From assembly GCA_035498295.1 (NCBI GenBank), contig DATKAK010000008.1, positions 3,433-67,432 of the forward strand: a stretch of DNA of 64,000 bases. Direction: 5' to 3'. Made by a program: the position numbers and the translations under genes. Source of the stretch: Gallionella sp. (GTDB taxonomy: Bacteria; Pseudomonadota; Gammaproteobacteria; Burkholderiales; Gallionellaceae). Of the stretch, positions 20,378 to 30,543 are shown one piece after another. Below the pieces are notes generated by a model. That model did no database searches. It saw only the letters and a program-made list of their open reading frames with translations, and was not told the DNA's origin. Positions within the stretch are counted from its first letter, which is position 1; each line of letters begins with the position of its first letter.

Positions 20378-21438
20378 CTCATCCCATGCAATTCACCCCT
20401 CCAATCGGCAAGCCGGACAGCGTAGCGCAGATCATGCTCAAGGTGCTGCTGGCCCTGGTCCCGGGGATCGTTCTGTATGTCTGGTATTACGGACCGGCGA
20501 TCCTGGTTTCGATCTCACTGGCAAGCCTGACCGCGTTGACCACCGAGGCGCTGATGCTCAAGCTGCGCAACCGCCCGGTCGTGCCGTTCCTCAAGGACAA
20601 CAGCGCGCTGCTCACCGGCTGGCTGCTGGCATTATCGATCCCGCCGCTGGCGCCGTGGTGGCTGATCGTGGTCGGCACCGCCTTTGCGATCGCGATCGCC
20701 AAACACCTGTACGGTGGACTGGGCAACAACCTGTTCAATCCTGCGATGGTCGGCTATGCGGTGCTGATCATCTCTTTTCCGGCGCAGATGACCCATTGGC
20801 TTGCCCCCCACGGGCTGGGACCGGAGGGGATGGCATTGCCGCCGGAGCTCAACTTCATGCAGCAACTGGAATATATCTTCCTCGGTGTGTTGCCGCATGA
20901 GGTCTCCCTGGATGCGCTCACGACGGCCACGCCGCTGGACAATCTCAAGACACATCTGCACCTCGGACAGGCCGTCCCGCGCATCCTCGATATGCCGATC
21001 TACGGCCATATCGCAGGACACGGCAGCGAAATGGTTGCGTGGGGATTCCTGTTTGGCGGGCTTTATCTTCTCTTCAAGCGCATCATCAGCTGGCACATAC
21101 CGGTCGCGTTTCTGGCCACGCTGTTCGTCATCGCAGGGATATTTCATCTGCTGGACGCAAGCCGGTATGCCGCGCCGCTGTTCCACTGGTACTCCGGCGC
21201 GGCGATGCTGGGTGCGTTCTTCATCCTCACCGACCCGGTCAGCAGCCCCACCACCAACAAGGGGCGCTTGATCTATGCGGCGGGAGCGGCCCTGCTCACC
21301 TACCTGATCCGCGTGTTCGGCGGCTTCCCGGACGGCGTCGCTTTCGCGACGCTATTGATGAACATCTGCGTGCCGCTGATCGTGCTGTATACGCAGCCGA
21401 ACGTGTTCGGGAAAAAGCGAAAAGAGGACAGGCGATGA
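20374..21438 (+). CDS. rsxD: Rnf/Rsx subunit D
   Basis: YGGLGNNLFNPAM, TTATPL flavinylation site, TDPVSSP. Confidence 0.95.
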   Translation: MTHPMQFTPPIGKPDSVAQIMLKVLLALVPGIVLYVWYYGPAILVSISLASLTALTTEALMLKLRNRPVVPFLKDNSALLTGWLLALSIPPLAPWWLIVVGTAFAIAIAKHLYGGLGNNLFNPAMVGYAVLIISFPAQMTHWLAPHGLGPEGMALPPELNFMQQLEYIFLGVLPHEVSLDALTTATPLDNLKTHLHLGQAVPRILDMPIYGHIAGHGSEMVAWGFLFGGLYLLFKRIISWHIPVAFLATLFVIAGIFHLLDASRYAAPLFHWYSGAAMLGAFFILTDPVSSPTTNKGRLIYAAGAALLTYLIRVFGGFPDGVAFATLLMNICVPLIVLYTQPNVFGKKRKEDRR

Positions 21439-22088
21439 GACGCACGATGGCCAAGGCATCCTTGTATACCGCCCTCAACCTGCTGTTCTTTGCGCTGATC
21501 GGCACGGCCGTTCTTGCGCTGACCCATGAGCTTACACGCGAACCGATCGCACGCAGCGAGGAAAGCGAGAAACTCAAGCTGATCAACCAGATCGCGCCGG
21601 CGTCGGACTACGACAATGACATCATCAAAGATTCCAGGCAACTGGCGGCGGATGACCTGCTCGGCAGCGACGACACGACGGTCGCCTACATCGGGCAGCT
21701 GAAAGACCGGCCGTCCATCGCGGTGATACAGGCCACCGCGCCGGACGGCTATGGAGGCAGTATACGTCTGATCGTTTCGATCCGCAGCGATGCGGAAGGC
21801 AATGGAAAAATCGGGGGCGTGCGCGTAATATCGCACAACGAGACCCCGGGGCTGGGGGATTACATCGAGATCGCCAAAAGCAAATGGATCACCATCTTCA
21901 ACCGCAAGTCGCTGGACGATCCCGGGGAGGACGGCTGGAAAGTTAAGAAGGATGGCGGCACTTTCGATTATATGGCAGGGGCCACCATCACCCCGCGTGC
22001 GGTGGTGACAGCGGTGCACAGGGTCTTGCAGTATTACGCGCAGCATCGCGACGAACTGTTCAAGCAGAATGAAGGAGTACGAAAATGA
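21435..22088 (+). CDS. rsxG: Rnf/Rsx subunit G
   Basis: GYGG, HNETPGLG, AGATITP FMN-binding motif. Confidence 0.93.
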   Translation: MRRTMAKASLYTALNLLFFALIGTAVLALTHELTREPIARSEESEKLKLINQIAPASDYDNDIIKDSRQLAADDLLGSDDTTVAYIGQLKDRPSIAVIQATAPDGYGGSIRLIVSIRSDAEGNGKIGGVRVISHNETPGLGDYIEIAKSKWITIFNRKSLDDPGEDGWKVKKDGGTFDYMAGATITPRAVVTAVHRVLQYYAQHRDELFKQNEGVRK

Positions 22089-22798
22089 CTGCCCGTGAAT
22101 TCAGCGAGATATTCCGCAACGGCCTGTGGAAACAGAATACCGGGGTGGTGCAACTGCTCGGGCTATGCCCGATCCTCGCCGTGAGCAGCTCGGTGGTGAA
22201 CGCGGTGAGCCTTGGGCTGGCTACGACCCTCGTGATGACGCTGTCGGGCGCGGCGATTGCACCGATCCGGCAATTCATCCCGAATGAGGCGCGCATCCCT
22301 GTATTCATCCTGATCATTGCGGTACTGGTCACCGTAGTCCAGTTCAGCATGAACGCCTATGTGCACGGTCTTTATCTGGTGCTGGGCATCTTCATTCCGC
22401 TGATCGTCACCAACTGTATCGTGCTTGCCCGCATCGAAGCCTTTGCCTCCAAGAACCCGGCGCTGGAATCCGCGCTGGACGGTTTCGCGATGGGTCTGGG
22501 GCTGACCGCGGTGCTGGCGGTGCTGGGCGGGACCCGCGAAATCTTCGGCCATGGAACGCTGCTGTCCGGCATCGACCTGGTGTTCGGAGACACGGCCAAG
22601 ACCTGGGTCGTCACGGTCGTGCCGAACTACCACGGCTTCCTGCTCGCGATCCTGCCACCCGGCGCTTTCATCACGCTGGGCATGCTGATCGCCGGCAAGA
22701 ACTGGCTCAACCTGCGCGCCGAGCGCAAGCTGAAAGGCGCGAACGCGAGGATGACACCGGTGGATGGCGGGTATGCGCCTGCCGCACACCGCGGATGA
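22085..22798 (+). CDS. rsxE: Rnf/Rsx subunit E
   Basis: LLGLCPILAV, FIPLIVTNC, ILPPGAF. Confidence 0.95.
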   Translation: MTAREFSEIFRNGLWKQNTGVVQLLGLCPILAVSSSVVNAVSLGLATTLVMTLSGAAIAPIRQFIPNEARIPVFILIIAVLVTVVQFSMNAYVHGLYLVLGIFIPLIVTNCIVLARIEAFASKNPALESALDGFAMGLGLTAVLAVLGGTREIFGHGTLLSGIDLVFGDTAKTWVVTVVPNYHGFLLAILPPGAFITLGMLIAGKNWLNLRAERKLKGANARMTPVDGGYAPAAHRG

Positions 22799-23427
22799 AT
22801 CCCGCCAAGCGCCGCGAAATTTTTCAACGCTTTCAAGCGGCCAACCCGCATCCCGCCACCGAGCTTGAATACAAGACGCCGTTCGAACTGCTGGTGGCGG
22901 TGGTGCTCTCGGCGCAAGCCACCGACGTCAGCGTGAATGCCGCAACGCGCCGCCTGTTCCCGGTGGCGAACACGCCGCAGAAGATGCTGGCACTCGGAGA
23001 GGCGAAGCTGCGCGAATATGTGAAACGCATCGGCCTTTATAAAACCAAAGCAAAACACATCATCCGGATGTGCAGCCTGCTGATGGAGCGGCACGGCGGG
23101 CAAGTGCCGCAGACCCGCGAGGAACTGGAGGCCTTGCCCGGCGTCGGCCGCAAGACCGCGAATGTCGTGCTCAACACCGCGTTCGGCCAGCCGACCATCG
23201 CGGTGGACACGCACATCTTCCGTGTGGCCAACCGCACCGGCATCGCGCCCGGCAAGGACGTGCTGGAAGTGGAGCAGAAGTTATTGAAGTTTGTGCCGGA
23301 GGAATTCAGGCACGACGCGCACCATTGGCTGATCCTGCACGGGCGCTATGTCTGCCAGGCGCGCAAGCCGAAATGCGGCGCGTGCATCATCCATGATCTT
23401 TGCGAATTCAGGCAGAAGGAAGTTTGA
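22795..23427 (+). CDS. nth: Endonuclease III
   Basis: LSAQATD, LPGVGRKTA HhH motif, VDTH, C-terminal Cys cluster. Confidence 0.96.
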   Translation: MNPAKRREIFQRFQAANPHPATELEYKTPFELLVAVVLSAQATDVSVNAATRRLFPVANTPQKMLALGEAKLREYVKRIGLYKTKAKHIIRMCSLLMERHGGQVPQTREELEALPGVGRKTANVVLNTAFGQPTIAVDTHIFRVANRTGIAPGKDVLEVEQKLLKFVPEEFRHDAHHWLILHGRYVCQARKPKCGACIIHDLCEFRQKEV

Positions 23428-23852
23428 TGCTGTTCAATCCATCGCGCGATGAAGCAAGAAATTTTCTGTTCGAGTCCTGGCGCAAGCGCCGCGCGGGTGA
23501 GCTGCTTACGCCGCTGGAAGACCTTGCTGCGCAGCTTATCGAGAAACACCCCGAATATTTTGCCGTGCTGGAAAGCCCGGAGCGTTACCAGGAACGTGAC
23601 TATCCGCCGGAACAGGGCGAGGCCAATCCTTTCCTGCACCTGATGATGCACCTGACCATCGAGGAACAGATCTCCATCGACCAGCCGCCCGGGATACGCG
23701 CGCACTTCATGCGGTTGACCCGGCAGCTCGAGTCGGAACACATGGCGCAGCACCGCATGATGGAATGCCTTGGCGAAATGATCTGGCAGGCGCAGCGCAA
23801 TCGCGCGCAGCCGGAAGTGGCTGTATACTTTGGATGTCTTGAAAGGCAATGA
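23427..23852 (+). CDS. DUF1841 family protein
   Basis: MLFNPSRDEAR.F, HPEY, NPFLHL.MHL.I.EQ.SIDQPPGI; usual neighbour of nth. Confidence 0.85.
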   Translation: MLFNPSRDEARNFLFESWRKRRAGELLTPLEDLAAQLIEKHPEYFAVLESPERYQERDYPPEQGEANPFLHLMMHLTIEEQISIDQPPGIRAHFMRLTRQLESEHMAQHRMMECLGEMIWQAQRNRAQPEVAVYFGCLERQ

Positions 23853-23871
23853 AAAGGTTTCAGGTATTGAT

Positions 23872-24417
23872 ATGGCGAACCGGTTAAGCAAGATCGTGAC
23901 AAGGACCGGCGATGACGGCACGACCGGATTGGCGGACGGCACGCGCATCGGGAAGGACCACGCACGCATCGCCGCGATGGGCAGTCTGGATGAACTCAAC
24001 AGCCAGCTCGGCGTGTTGCTTGCCGAGGACCTTCTGCCGGACATACGCGCGGCCCTGCTGATGATCCAGAACGACCTCTTCGATCTGGGCGGCGCGCTCG
24101 CCTTGCCCGCGCAGGATCAGTTCGCGGAAAACAAGATCGCCTGGCTGGATGAACGGATCGCGCACTATAACGCCGACCTGCTGCCGTTGCGCGAATTCGT
24201 GCTTCCGGGGGGTTCGCGCGCCGGGGCGTTGTGCCACGCGGCCCGCACCATTGCGCGCCGCGCCGAGCGCGATCTGGTCCTGCTCGCGCAATATGACGCG
24301 GTGCCGCGAAACGCGCTTCCTTATCTGAATCGTTTGTCGGATTTTCTGTTCGTGCTCAGCCGCTGCATCAACCGGGCTCAAGGTGTGTCCGAAACCTTAT
24401 GGCAGCGCGACAAATAG
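23872..24417 (+). CDS. ATP:cob(I)alamin adenosyltransferase (PduO type)
   Basis: KIVTRTGDDGTT, DELNS, ARRAER, YLNRLSD. Confidence 0.92.
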   Translation: MANRLSKIVTRTGDDGTTGLADGTRIGKDHARIAAMGSLDELNSQLGVLLAEDLLPDIRAALLMIQNDLFDLGGALALPAQDQFAENKIAWLDERIAHYNADLLPLREFVLPGGSRAGALCHAARTIARRAERDLVLLAQYDAVPRNALPYLNRLSDFLFVLSRCINRAQGVSETLWQRDK

Positions 24418-24438
24418 CCGGAGTTGCCGAAGCGATGG

Positions 24439-24735
24439 CTATTGTACGGGCTCGGGATAGTGGTAGTGGCGGGAATTCAGGTAACGCGCAACTTCCACGA
24501 CATCGCTGTCGCCCCAAGCAAGACCTGCAACGCCCTGCCAGTGGCTGACTTGCGTCTTCAAGCCGGCCCAATCCCGGGCGATCTTCTTGTCCCGCCAGTG
24601 GATCTGTTCGTTGTGGCACGCGATGCAATGTGTCGTATACAGCAGTTCCCCGCGAGACGTTTCACCCTTGGCCTGAGCGACGGGGGAGATTTCCAGGCAG
24701 ACCGCCAATACTGCGTAGATCCATATTTTGTTCAT
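24439..24735 (-). CDS. Small monoheme c-type cytochrome
   Basis: Signal peptide; GELLY..HCIACH heme-binding motif. Confidence 0.85.
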   Translation of the reverse strand: MNKIWIYAVLAVCLEISPVAQAKGETSRGELLYTTHCIACHNEQIHWRDKKIARDWAGLKTQVSHWQGVAGLAWGDSDVVEVARYLNSRHYHYPEPVQ

Positions 24736-24824
24736 CGTGCTCTCCCCTCGGGTAACGGCTGAATTGCCGGTTGTCTCGAATACAGTATAGGTCCCGGGCG
24801 GTGGTCTGCCAAATTGCCCTGGCT

Positions 24825-25703
24825 TCAGCCGGCGCCGCCAAGGCGGCCTTCCTGAAAATCCTTGATGGCCTGATAGATTTCTTCTTTGGTGTTCATCACG
24901 AACGGGCCGTGCTGCACGATAGGCTCTCCGAGCGGCTTGCCTGCGACCAGGATGGCTTGGGCCGGCGCGGATGCAACGATCTCCACGCCGTCGGCTTGCG
25001 GCGCATTGGCGAGTATGCCCATGCGGTTTTCGCCCAAGGCGGTGCCGCTGATGGTAATGGCGCCGCGGTAGACATAGACGAAGGCGTTGTGCGTCGCAGG
25101 TATTGTTGTCGAGAACCTGCAGCCCGCCGGCAGGCCGATATCCAGATACAGCGGTTCGGTGTCTTCACGGCTCATCGCTCCGGCAATGCCGTTGCTGGTT
25201 CCCGCGATCACGCGCACCCTCGCGCCTCCGGCCGTCCCGTATTCCGGGATCTCGGCGCTGGGTATGTCGCGATACCAGGCGGGGATCATCTTGCGCCGCG
25301 CGGGCAGGTTCAGCCACAACTGAAAGCCTTCCATGACCCCGTTCTCCTGTTCCGGCATCTCCGAATGGATGATGCCGCGACCGGCGGTCATCCATTGCAC
25401 GCCGCCGTTTTGCAGCAATCCCTGGTGTCCGGCATTGTCGCGATGGCGCATGCGCCCCGCGATCATGTAGGTCACGGTCTCGAAACCGCGATGCGGGTGG
25501 TCGGGGAAACCCGCGATGTAATCATCCGGGTCAGCGCTGTGAAAATTATCCAGCATCAGGAAAGGGTCCAGCCGCCGTTGCAGATCCTGCGTGAGCACGC
25601 GCGTGAGTTTGACTGCGGCACCGTCGCTGGTCGCCGCTCCGGCGACAACGCGTTCGATCGTCCTGGATCGTGTTACGCCATCGAGTCTGCTCGCTTGTTC
25701 CAT
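24825..25703 (-). CDS. Pirin family protein
   Basis: LDPFLMLD, GFPDHPHRGFETVT, QWMTAGRGIIHSE, GPFVMN. Confidence 0.95.
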   Translation of the reverse strand: MEQASRLDGVTRSRTIERVVAGAATSDGAAVKLTRVLTQDLQRRLDPFLMLDNFHSADPDDYIAGFPDHPHRGFETVTYMIAGRMRHRDNAGHQGLLQNGGVQWMTAGRGIIHSEMPEQENGVMEGFQLWLNLPARRKMIPAWYRDIPSAEIPEYGTAGGARVRVIAGTSNGIAGAMSREDTEPLYLDIGLPAGCRFSTTIPATHNAFVYVYRGAITISGTALGENRMGILANAPQADGVEIVASAPAQAILVAGKPLGEPIVQHGPFVMNTKEEIYQAIKDFQEGRLGGAG

Positions 25704-25797
25704 GATCGCACTCCTATATATATGCCTTGGTTAACGGCAGACGCAGTTGGTTCAGTGCTGAAGAGTTTACATAGAATTCAAAGCATCGGGCAGACGA

Positions 25798-26397
25798 TCA
25801 CCTCGCTTCATCCACGGCCTTGAGAAACTCGGGATAGGGCTGCGCCCCGGAAAATCGTTTGCGGGGGCCGAAGATGAAATTCGGCACGCTGCGGATGCCG
25901 TTTGCAAATGATTCCGCGGTCAATCGATCGATTTCTGCATGGTATCGTGCCGTTTCCAGGGTTTCGAGTATCTCGTCGCGGGCCATCCCCACTTCCTCAC
26001 CGATCGCAGCAAGCACCTGAGCGTCACCGATGTTCCGCGCCTGGGCAAAGTACGCCTTGAGCGTTGCCTGATAATAGGCATCATCCATGCCTTTGGTTTC
26101 CGCAAGCATCCCGACTTCGTGGGCTTGGCGGGTATTGGGTACAAGTGCAGGGCGATTGAGAGGAAGGCCGGCCGCCAGTGTCATTTCGCGTATGGCCGCT
26201 TCTGCGCGTTCCAGCCGGGCGGGCGGCAGTATCGAATTAAGGGGAATGCCTTCCGCGGGAATGTCGGGGCGCAGCAAATAGGGGTTCCAGTGAAAGCGAA
26301 CCGATCGTTCTTTTGCCAGGCGACCCAACCGGTCCAGGCTGATGTAACACCAGGGACAGATAAAGTCGGCGTAAATCTCTATGGTCGTGGGCATCAA
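25798..26397 (-). CDS. DsbA/FrnE family oxidoreductase
   Basis: DFICPWCY, GIRSVP, SGAQP. Confidence 0.88.
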   Translation of the reverse strand: MMPTTIEIYADFICPWCYISLDRLGRLAKERSVRFHWNPYLLRPDIPAEGIPLNSILPPARLERAEAAIREMTLAAGLPLNRPALVPNTRQAHEVGMLAETKGMDDAYYQATLKAYFAQARNIGDAQVLAAIGEEVGMARDEILETLETARYHAEIDRLTAESFANGIRSVPNFIFGPRKRFSGAQPYPEFLKAVDEAR

Positions 26398-26589
26398 AAG
26401 CTCCTGTTCGCCATTTTGGGGAATGCCGCGCAGGCTGAACCGGCATTCCTTGACAGGAAGGCATTCGCGTAAATGGAACGGCTTCCATTATCAATGGTGT
26501 GCGCACGCAATTGCAAATTCGGTTGGACGCGATTTGAGGGTCAACGGTGCTACAATCCTGACCCCATTAATTCGCCAAGGAGAGCCTTC

Positions 26590-27144
26590 ATGCGCCGCAT
26601 ATTGTTTGCCGTTGCTTTAGCAGGTTTATCGACTTTGACCTATGCATCCGGATTCAAGCTTTCCAGTCCGGAGATAAAAGCCAACCACATGATACCCAAG
26701 CGCTTCGAGTTCAACGGCTTTGGCTGCTCCGGGGAAAACAAGTCGCCCGCCCTAAAATGGAGCGGAGCCCCCAAAGGCACCAAGAGTTTTGCCGTGACGG
26801 TGTATGACCCCGATGCACCGACGGGTTCCGGCTGGTGGCACTGGATGGTCATCAACATTCCGTCCAATGTCACCGAACTGGCAGCAGGCGCCGGTGCGGT
26901 CGACAGCACGACTTTGCCGAAAGGAGCGGTGCAGAGCCGTATCGATTATGGTGTAGCCGGCTGGGGCGGTACGTGCCCGCCGAAAGGCGACAAGCCGCAT
27001 CGCTATATTTTTACCGTGTACGCGCTCAAGACCGACAAGATCGATGTTCCTGCCGACGCGACAGCCGCACTGACCGGTTTCATGATCCACGCGAATACGC
27101 TGGGCAAAGCCAGCTTCACGGCAAAGTACGGTCGCAAGAAGTAG
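26590..27144 (+). CDS. YbhB/YbcL (PEBP / Raf kinase inhibitor-like) periplasmic protein
   Basis: Signal peptide; YDPDAPTGSGWWHW, CPPKGDKPHRY; AAGGAG RBS. Confidence 0.92.
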   Translation: MRRILFAVALAGLSTLTYASGFKLSSPEIKANHMIPKRFEFNGFGCSGENKSPALKWSGAPKGTKSFAVTVYDPDAPTGSGWWHWMVINIPSNVTELAAGAGAVDSTTLPKGAVQSRIDYGVAGWGGTCPPKGDKPHRYIFTVYALKTDKIDVPADATAALTGFMIHANTLGKASFTAKYGRKK

Positions 27145-27331
27145 CCGACGCGGTATGAGGGGCGGAATCTGCCGATCCTGCCTCGAGGCGTATCGATACT
27201 GAGCGTATCGCTCATAGCAACATCGGGAATTTTGAGCATGTATTTTCAGAACGGCTGATTGGTCGCATCAGCAAAGTTGTTCCCGCTTCATTCCGGTGTA
27301 CGTGATCCATGGCTGATCATGCTTTTCATGG

Positions 27332-29938
27332 ATGCGATCAAACAAGGCACTTTCTATGGAACGCCCCGACGCTCTGTTCTGGAATCTCTCATCCGAACTG
27401 CTCCAGTCGAAACTGGAAACGACCCGGAGCGGGCTGAGCCAGCGCGAAGCGCGCGCTCGCCGGGTAAAGTTCGGCCCGAATACGCTGCGCACTCGCGGCG
27501 AACGGTCGCTGCTGATCCAGTATCTGAGCCATTTCAAAAATCCGCTGGTGATGGTTCTGCTGGCGGCCAGTGCCGTGTCCGCGCTGACCGGCGAGATCAC
27601 CGGATTCGCGATCATCTGGGCCATCGTGCTGATGAGCGTGACGCTGGATTTCATCCAGGAATACAGAGCGGGCCGCGCGGCAGAGCAGCTCAAGAAATCT
27701 GTCGCAGTCCGGGCTACGGCGATGCGCGATGGCCATCCCCAGGAAATCCCGATTGCGAAGCTGGTGCCTGGCGATGTGGTGCTTCTGGCTGCAGGTGATC
27801 TGATCCCTGCCGATTGCCGCTTGCTCGATGCGAAGGATTTCTTTATCAACCAGGCCTTGCTGACGGGCGAATCCTATCCGGTAGAGAAACATGCATGCGA
27901 ACTGCCGGCACCGGCGGCAGACCTAAGCCAGGCTGAGAATGCGGTGTTTATGGGCACTTCCGTGATCAGCGGGATGGCCAAGGCCCTGGTGTGCCGCACC
28001 GGGGCCGGCACAGCGATGGGGGATATCGCGGATTCGTTGCAGGCCAAGGCACCTCCCACGGCTTTCGAGCTGGGCACGCAGAGTTTCGGCATGCTCATCA
28101 TGCGACTGACGATCTTACTGGTGTTATTCGTATTTTTGGTCAATGCGATGTTTCACCGGCCGATCCTCGAGTCCTTGCTGTTCGCGATCGCGCTCGCGGT
28201 CGGCCTCACGCCGGAATTGTTGCCGATGGTGGTCACCGTGACCCTGTCGCGCGGCGCATTGCGCATGGCAAAGAAACAGGTGATCGTGAAGAAGCTTTCT
28301 TCCATTCACAATCTGGGTGGCATGGATGTGCTGTGCACCGACAAGACCGGTACGCTCACCGAGGGCCGTATCCGCCTGGAACGCCACCTCGACGCGCAAG
28401 GCAACGACAGCACGCAGGTGCTGCATCTGGCCTACCTCAACAGTTTCTTCGAGACGGGGCTGAAGAGTCCGCTGGATGGCGCGATCCTCGAGCACAAGGA
28501 GATAGACGCAAGCGGCTGGATCAAGATCGACGAGGTCCCGTTCGATTTCGAACGGCGGCGCGTGTCGGTGCTGGTCGATAACGGATTGGCAGGGCAAGGA
28601 TTGGCCGGGCAAGGCTTATATGGGTTGGGCAATAAACGGCTGCTCGTGGTCAAGGGCTCGCCCGAGGATATTCTCAGGCTGTCCACGCAATATGCGGTTG
28701 GTGAACTGGAAGAATTTAAACCGCTCGATGAGCAGGCGCTGGCATCGATCAACGCGCTGCACGACAGCCTCGGCAAGGAGGGCTTCAAGGTGCTCGGCAT
28801 CGCTTGGCGACCGGTGGCACTGGATCATCCGCATGCCGTGGTCGATGATGAGACCGAACTGACCTTCGCCGGTTTCGCGGCCTTCCTCGATCCGCCGAAG
28901 GAGAGCGCGGCGCACGCGCTCACGATGCTGGCGGCGGACGGGGTCAACGTCAAGATCGTCACCGGAGACAGCGAACTGGTCACGCGCTATGTGTGCGGAA
29001 AACTCGGCATGCCCGTAATCGGCGTGCTCAATGGCAGCGAGATACAGCAGATGGGTGATCCCGCTCTTGCAGCCCGCGTGAGGGAAACCAATCTGTTCTG
29101 CAGAGTCACTCCGGCACAGAAGAACCGCATCATCCTGTCTCTGAAAGCGCAGGGGCACACGGTAGGTTATCTCGGAGACGGCATCAACGATGCGCCTTCG
29201 CTGCAATCTGCGGATGTCGGCATCTCGGTCGACAGTGCCGTGGACGTGGCCAGGGCTGCGGCCGACATGATCATGTTGCGGGAAGATCTGAACGTGCTGC
29301 ATGCGGGGGTGCAAGAGGGCCGGCGCACTTTCACCAACATTTTGAAATACATCATGATGGGAACGAGTTCCAATTTCGGCAATATGTTCAGCATGGCGGG
29401 CGCGACGCTGTTTCTGCCTTTCCTGCCGATGCTGCCGTCGCAGATCTTGCTCAATAATCTGCTCTACGACATCTCGGAACTGCCGATCCCGATGGATCAT
29501 GTGGACCGGGCGTATCTGAACCATCCCAGACACTGGGACACGGGTTTTATCCGCAACTTCATGTGGGTGGTCGGACCGGTCAGTTCGCTGTTCGATTTCC
29601 TGACATTCTTTATCCTGCTGAAAATTTTCGGGGCCGGAGAGGAGCTGTTCCATACCGGTTGGTTCATCGAATCCATCGCCACCCAGGTGTTGGTGATCTT
29701 CGTGATCCGTACCCGGGGAAACCCGTTCAGAAGCAGACCGAGTATCGCGCTGACGGCCACTTCACTGACGGTGGTCATGGCAGCAGCGGTATTGCCGTTC
29801 TCGCCTTTGGCATCACAGCTCGGCTTCGTTGCGCCACCCCCGCTGTTCTTTGTCATCCTGCCGGGAATGGTGCTCTGCTATCTGTTTGCAGTGGAGCTCA
29901 TGAAACGATCTTTCTACCGGCATTTTCAAGCGGGCTAG
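27332..29938 (+). CDS. mgtA: Magnesium-translocating P-type ATPase
   Basis: LTGES, AVGLTPELLP, DKTGT phosphorylation site, PFDFERRR, GDGIND, SSNFGN; start may be 27356. Confidence 0.92.
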   Translation: MRSNKALSMERPDALFWNLSSELLQSKLETTRSGLSQREARARRVKFGPNTLRTRGERSLLIQYLSHFKNPLVMVLLAASAVSALTGEITGFAIIWAIVLMSVTLDFIQEYRAGRAAEQLKKSVAVRATAMRDGHPQEIPIAKLVPGDVVLLAAGDLIPADCRLLDAKDFFINQALLTGESYPVEKHACELPAPAADLSQAENAVFMGTSVISGMAKALVCRTGAGTAMGDIADSLQAKAPPTAFELGTQSFGMLIMRLTILLVLFVFLVNAMFHRPILESLLFAIALAVGLTPELLPMVVTVTLSRGALRMAKKQVIVKKLSSIHNLGGMDVLCTDKTGTLTEGRIRLERHLDAQGNDSTQVLHLAYLNSFFETGLKSPLDGAILEHKEIDASGWIKIDEVPFDFERRRVSVLVDNGLAGQGLAGQGLYGLGNKRLLVVKGSPEDILRLSTQYAVGELEEFKPLDEQALASINALHDSLGKEGFKVLGIAWRPVALDHPHAVVDDETELTFAGFAAFLDPPKESAAHALTMLAADGVNVKIVTGDSELVTRYVCGKLGMPVIGVLNGSEIQQMGDPALAARVRETNLFCRVTPAQKNRIILSLKAQGHTVGYLGDGINDAPSLQSADVGISVDSAVDVARAAADMIMLREDLNVLHAGVQEGRRTFTNILKYIMMGTSSNFGNMFSMAGATLFLPFLPMLPSQILLNNLLYDISELPIPMDHVDRAYLNHPRHWDTGFIRNFMWVVGPVSSLFDFLTFFILLKIFGAGEELFHTGWFIESIATQVLVIFVIRTRGNPFRSRPSIALTATSLTVVMAAAVLPFSPLASQLGFVAPPPLFFVILPGMVLCYLFAVELMKRSFYRHFQAG
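28583..28618 (+). repeat. 15-bp tandem repeat inside mgtA (GLAGQ x2 + GL)
   Basis: GGATTGGCAGGGCAA GGATTGGCCGGGCAA GGCTTA. Confidence 0.8.
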
Positions 29939-30229
29939 GGCTGTTCGATCACAGCTTGCATCTGCTTGAAACAGCAGCTTGCCAGCCGATCTTTCAAGGC
30001 CGACAAGCATGGGGGAGGACAAGCCTAGTAAAACAAATACCATGTTGAATCTATGGTCTAATTCGCCATTTCAGTGTTGCCTTTTGTGACGGCTGATGGC
30101 AATATTTCCTGGCCGCGCTGCAAGCCAAATTCCGGACTTGATTCGAGAGGGTCGGGATGAAGTCTGGCATCTTGACGTTGCCGCCGTGGCACAAACAAGT
30201 CCAATAATTTTTCTTCAGGAGGTTTTGCT

Positions 30230-30313
30230 GTGCCGACTATTTTGGTTTTACCGTTTGTCTTTTCCCCATTTCTGGTGCTTAGCGCGATGATTTTGTTTTC
30301 CGGAAGATCATAA
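30230..30313 (+). CDS. Putative 27-aa hydrophobic peptide MPTILVLPFVFSPFLVLSAMILFSGRS
   Basis: AGGAGG at 30217-22, GTG 7 nt later, TAA at 30311-13, then a terminator; below the ORF-track cutoff. Confidence 0.55.
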   Translation: MPTILVLPFVFSPFLVLSAMILFSGRS

Positions 30314-30349
30314 GCGGTATTTGTTCCTACCCAACCGGTAAAACCGGTG

Positions 30350-30376
30350 AAGGCCTGGCGTCGCCCAGGCCTTTTT
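30350..30376 (+). terminator. Rho-independent terminator
   Basis: AAGGCCTGG-cgtcgc-CCAGGCCTT followed by further T residues. Confidence 0.75.
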
Positions 30377-30543
30377 GTTATGAATGATTGGATTGTTGCT
30401 ACTGGGATCGTGAGCCATTGCACCCGCATTCAATAGATGAACGCAATGGCCTGTATCAATTTAGCGCTGCGGGCCATCCTGCTGGTGTCTGCGCCGCCCT
30501 TGCTGCGAAGCTGGGTTTCCCCGGGCGGCAGCCATCGCGGCCG

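Noticed and set aside
27145-27355. Mg2+ riboswitch or MgtL-like leader peptide upstream of mgtA
   Set aside because: Only short hairpins and tiny ORFs (MRGGICRSCLEAYRY, MYFQNG) without a good RBS; no M-box consensus or proline-rich leader recognised.
30058-30429. 123-aa minus-strand ORF as a gene
   Set aside because: No recognisable domain or RBS; it overlaps the better-supported + strand small ORF and terminator.
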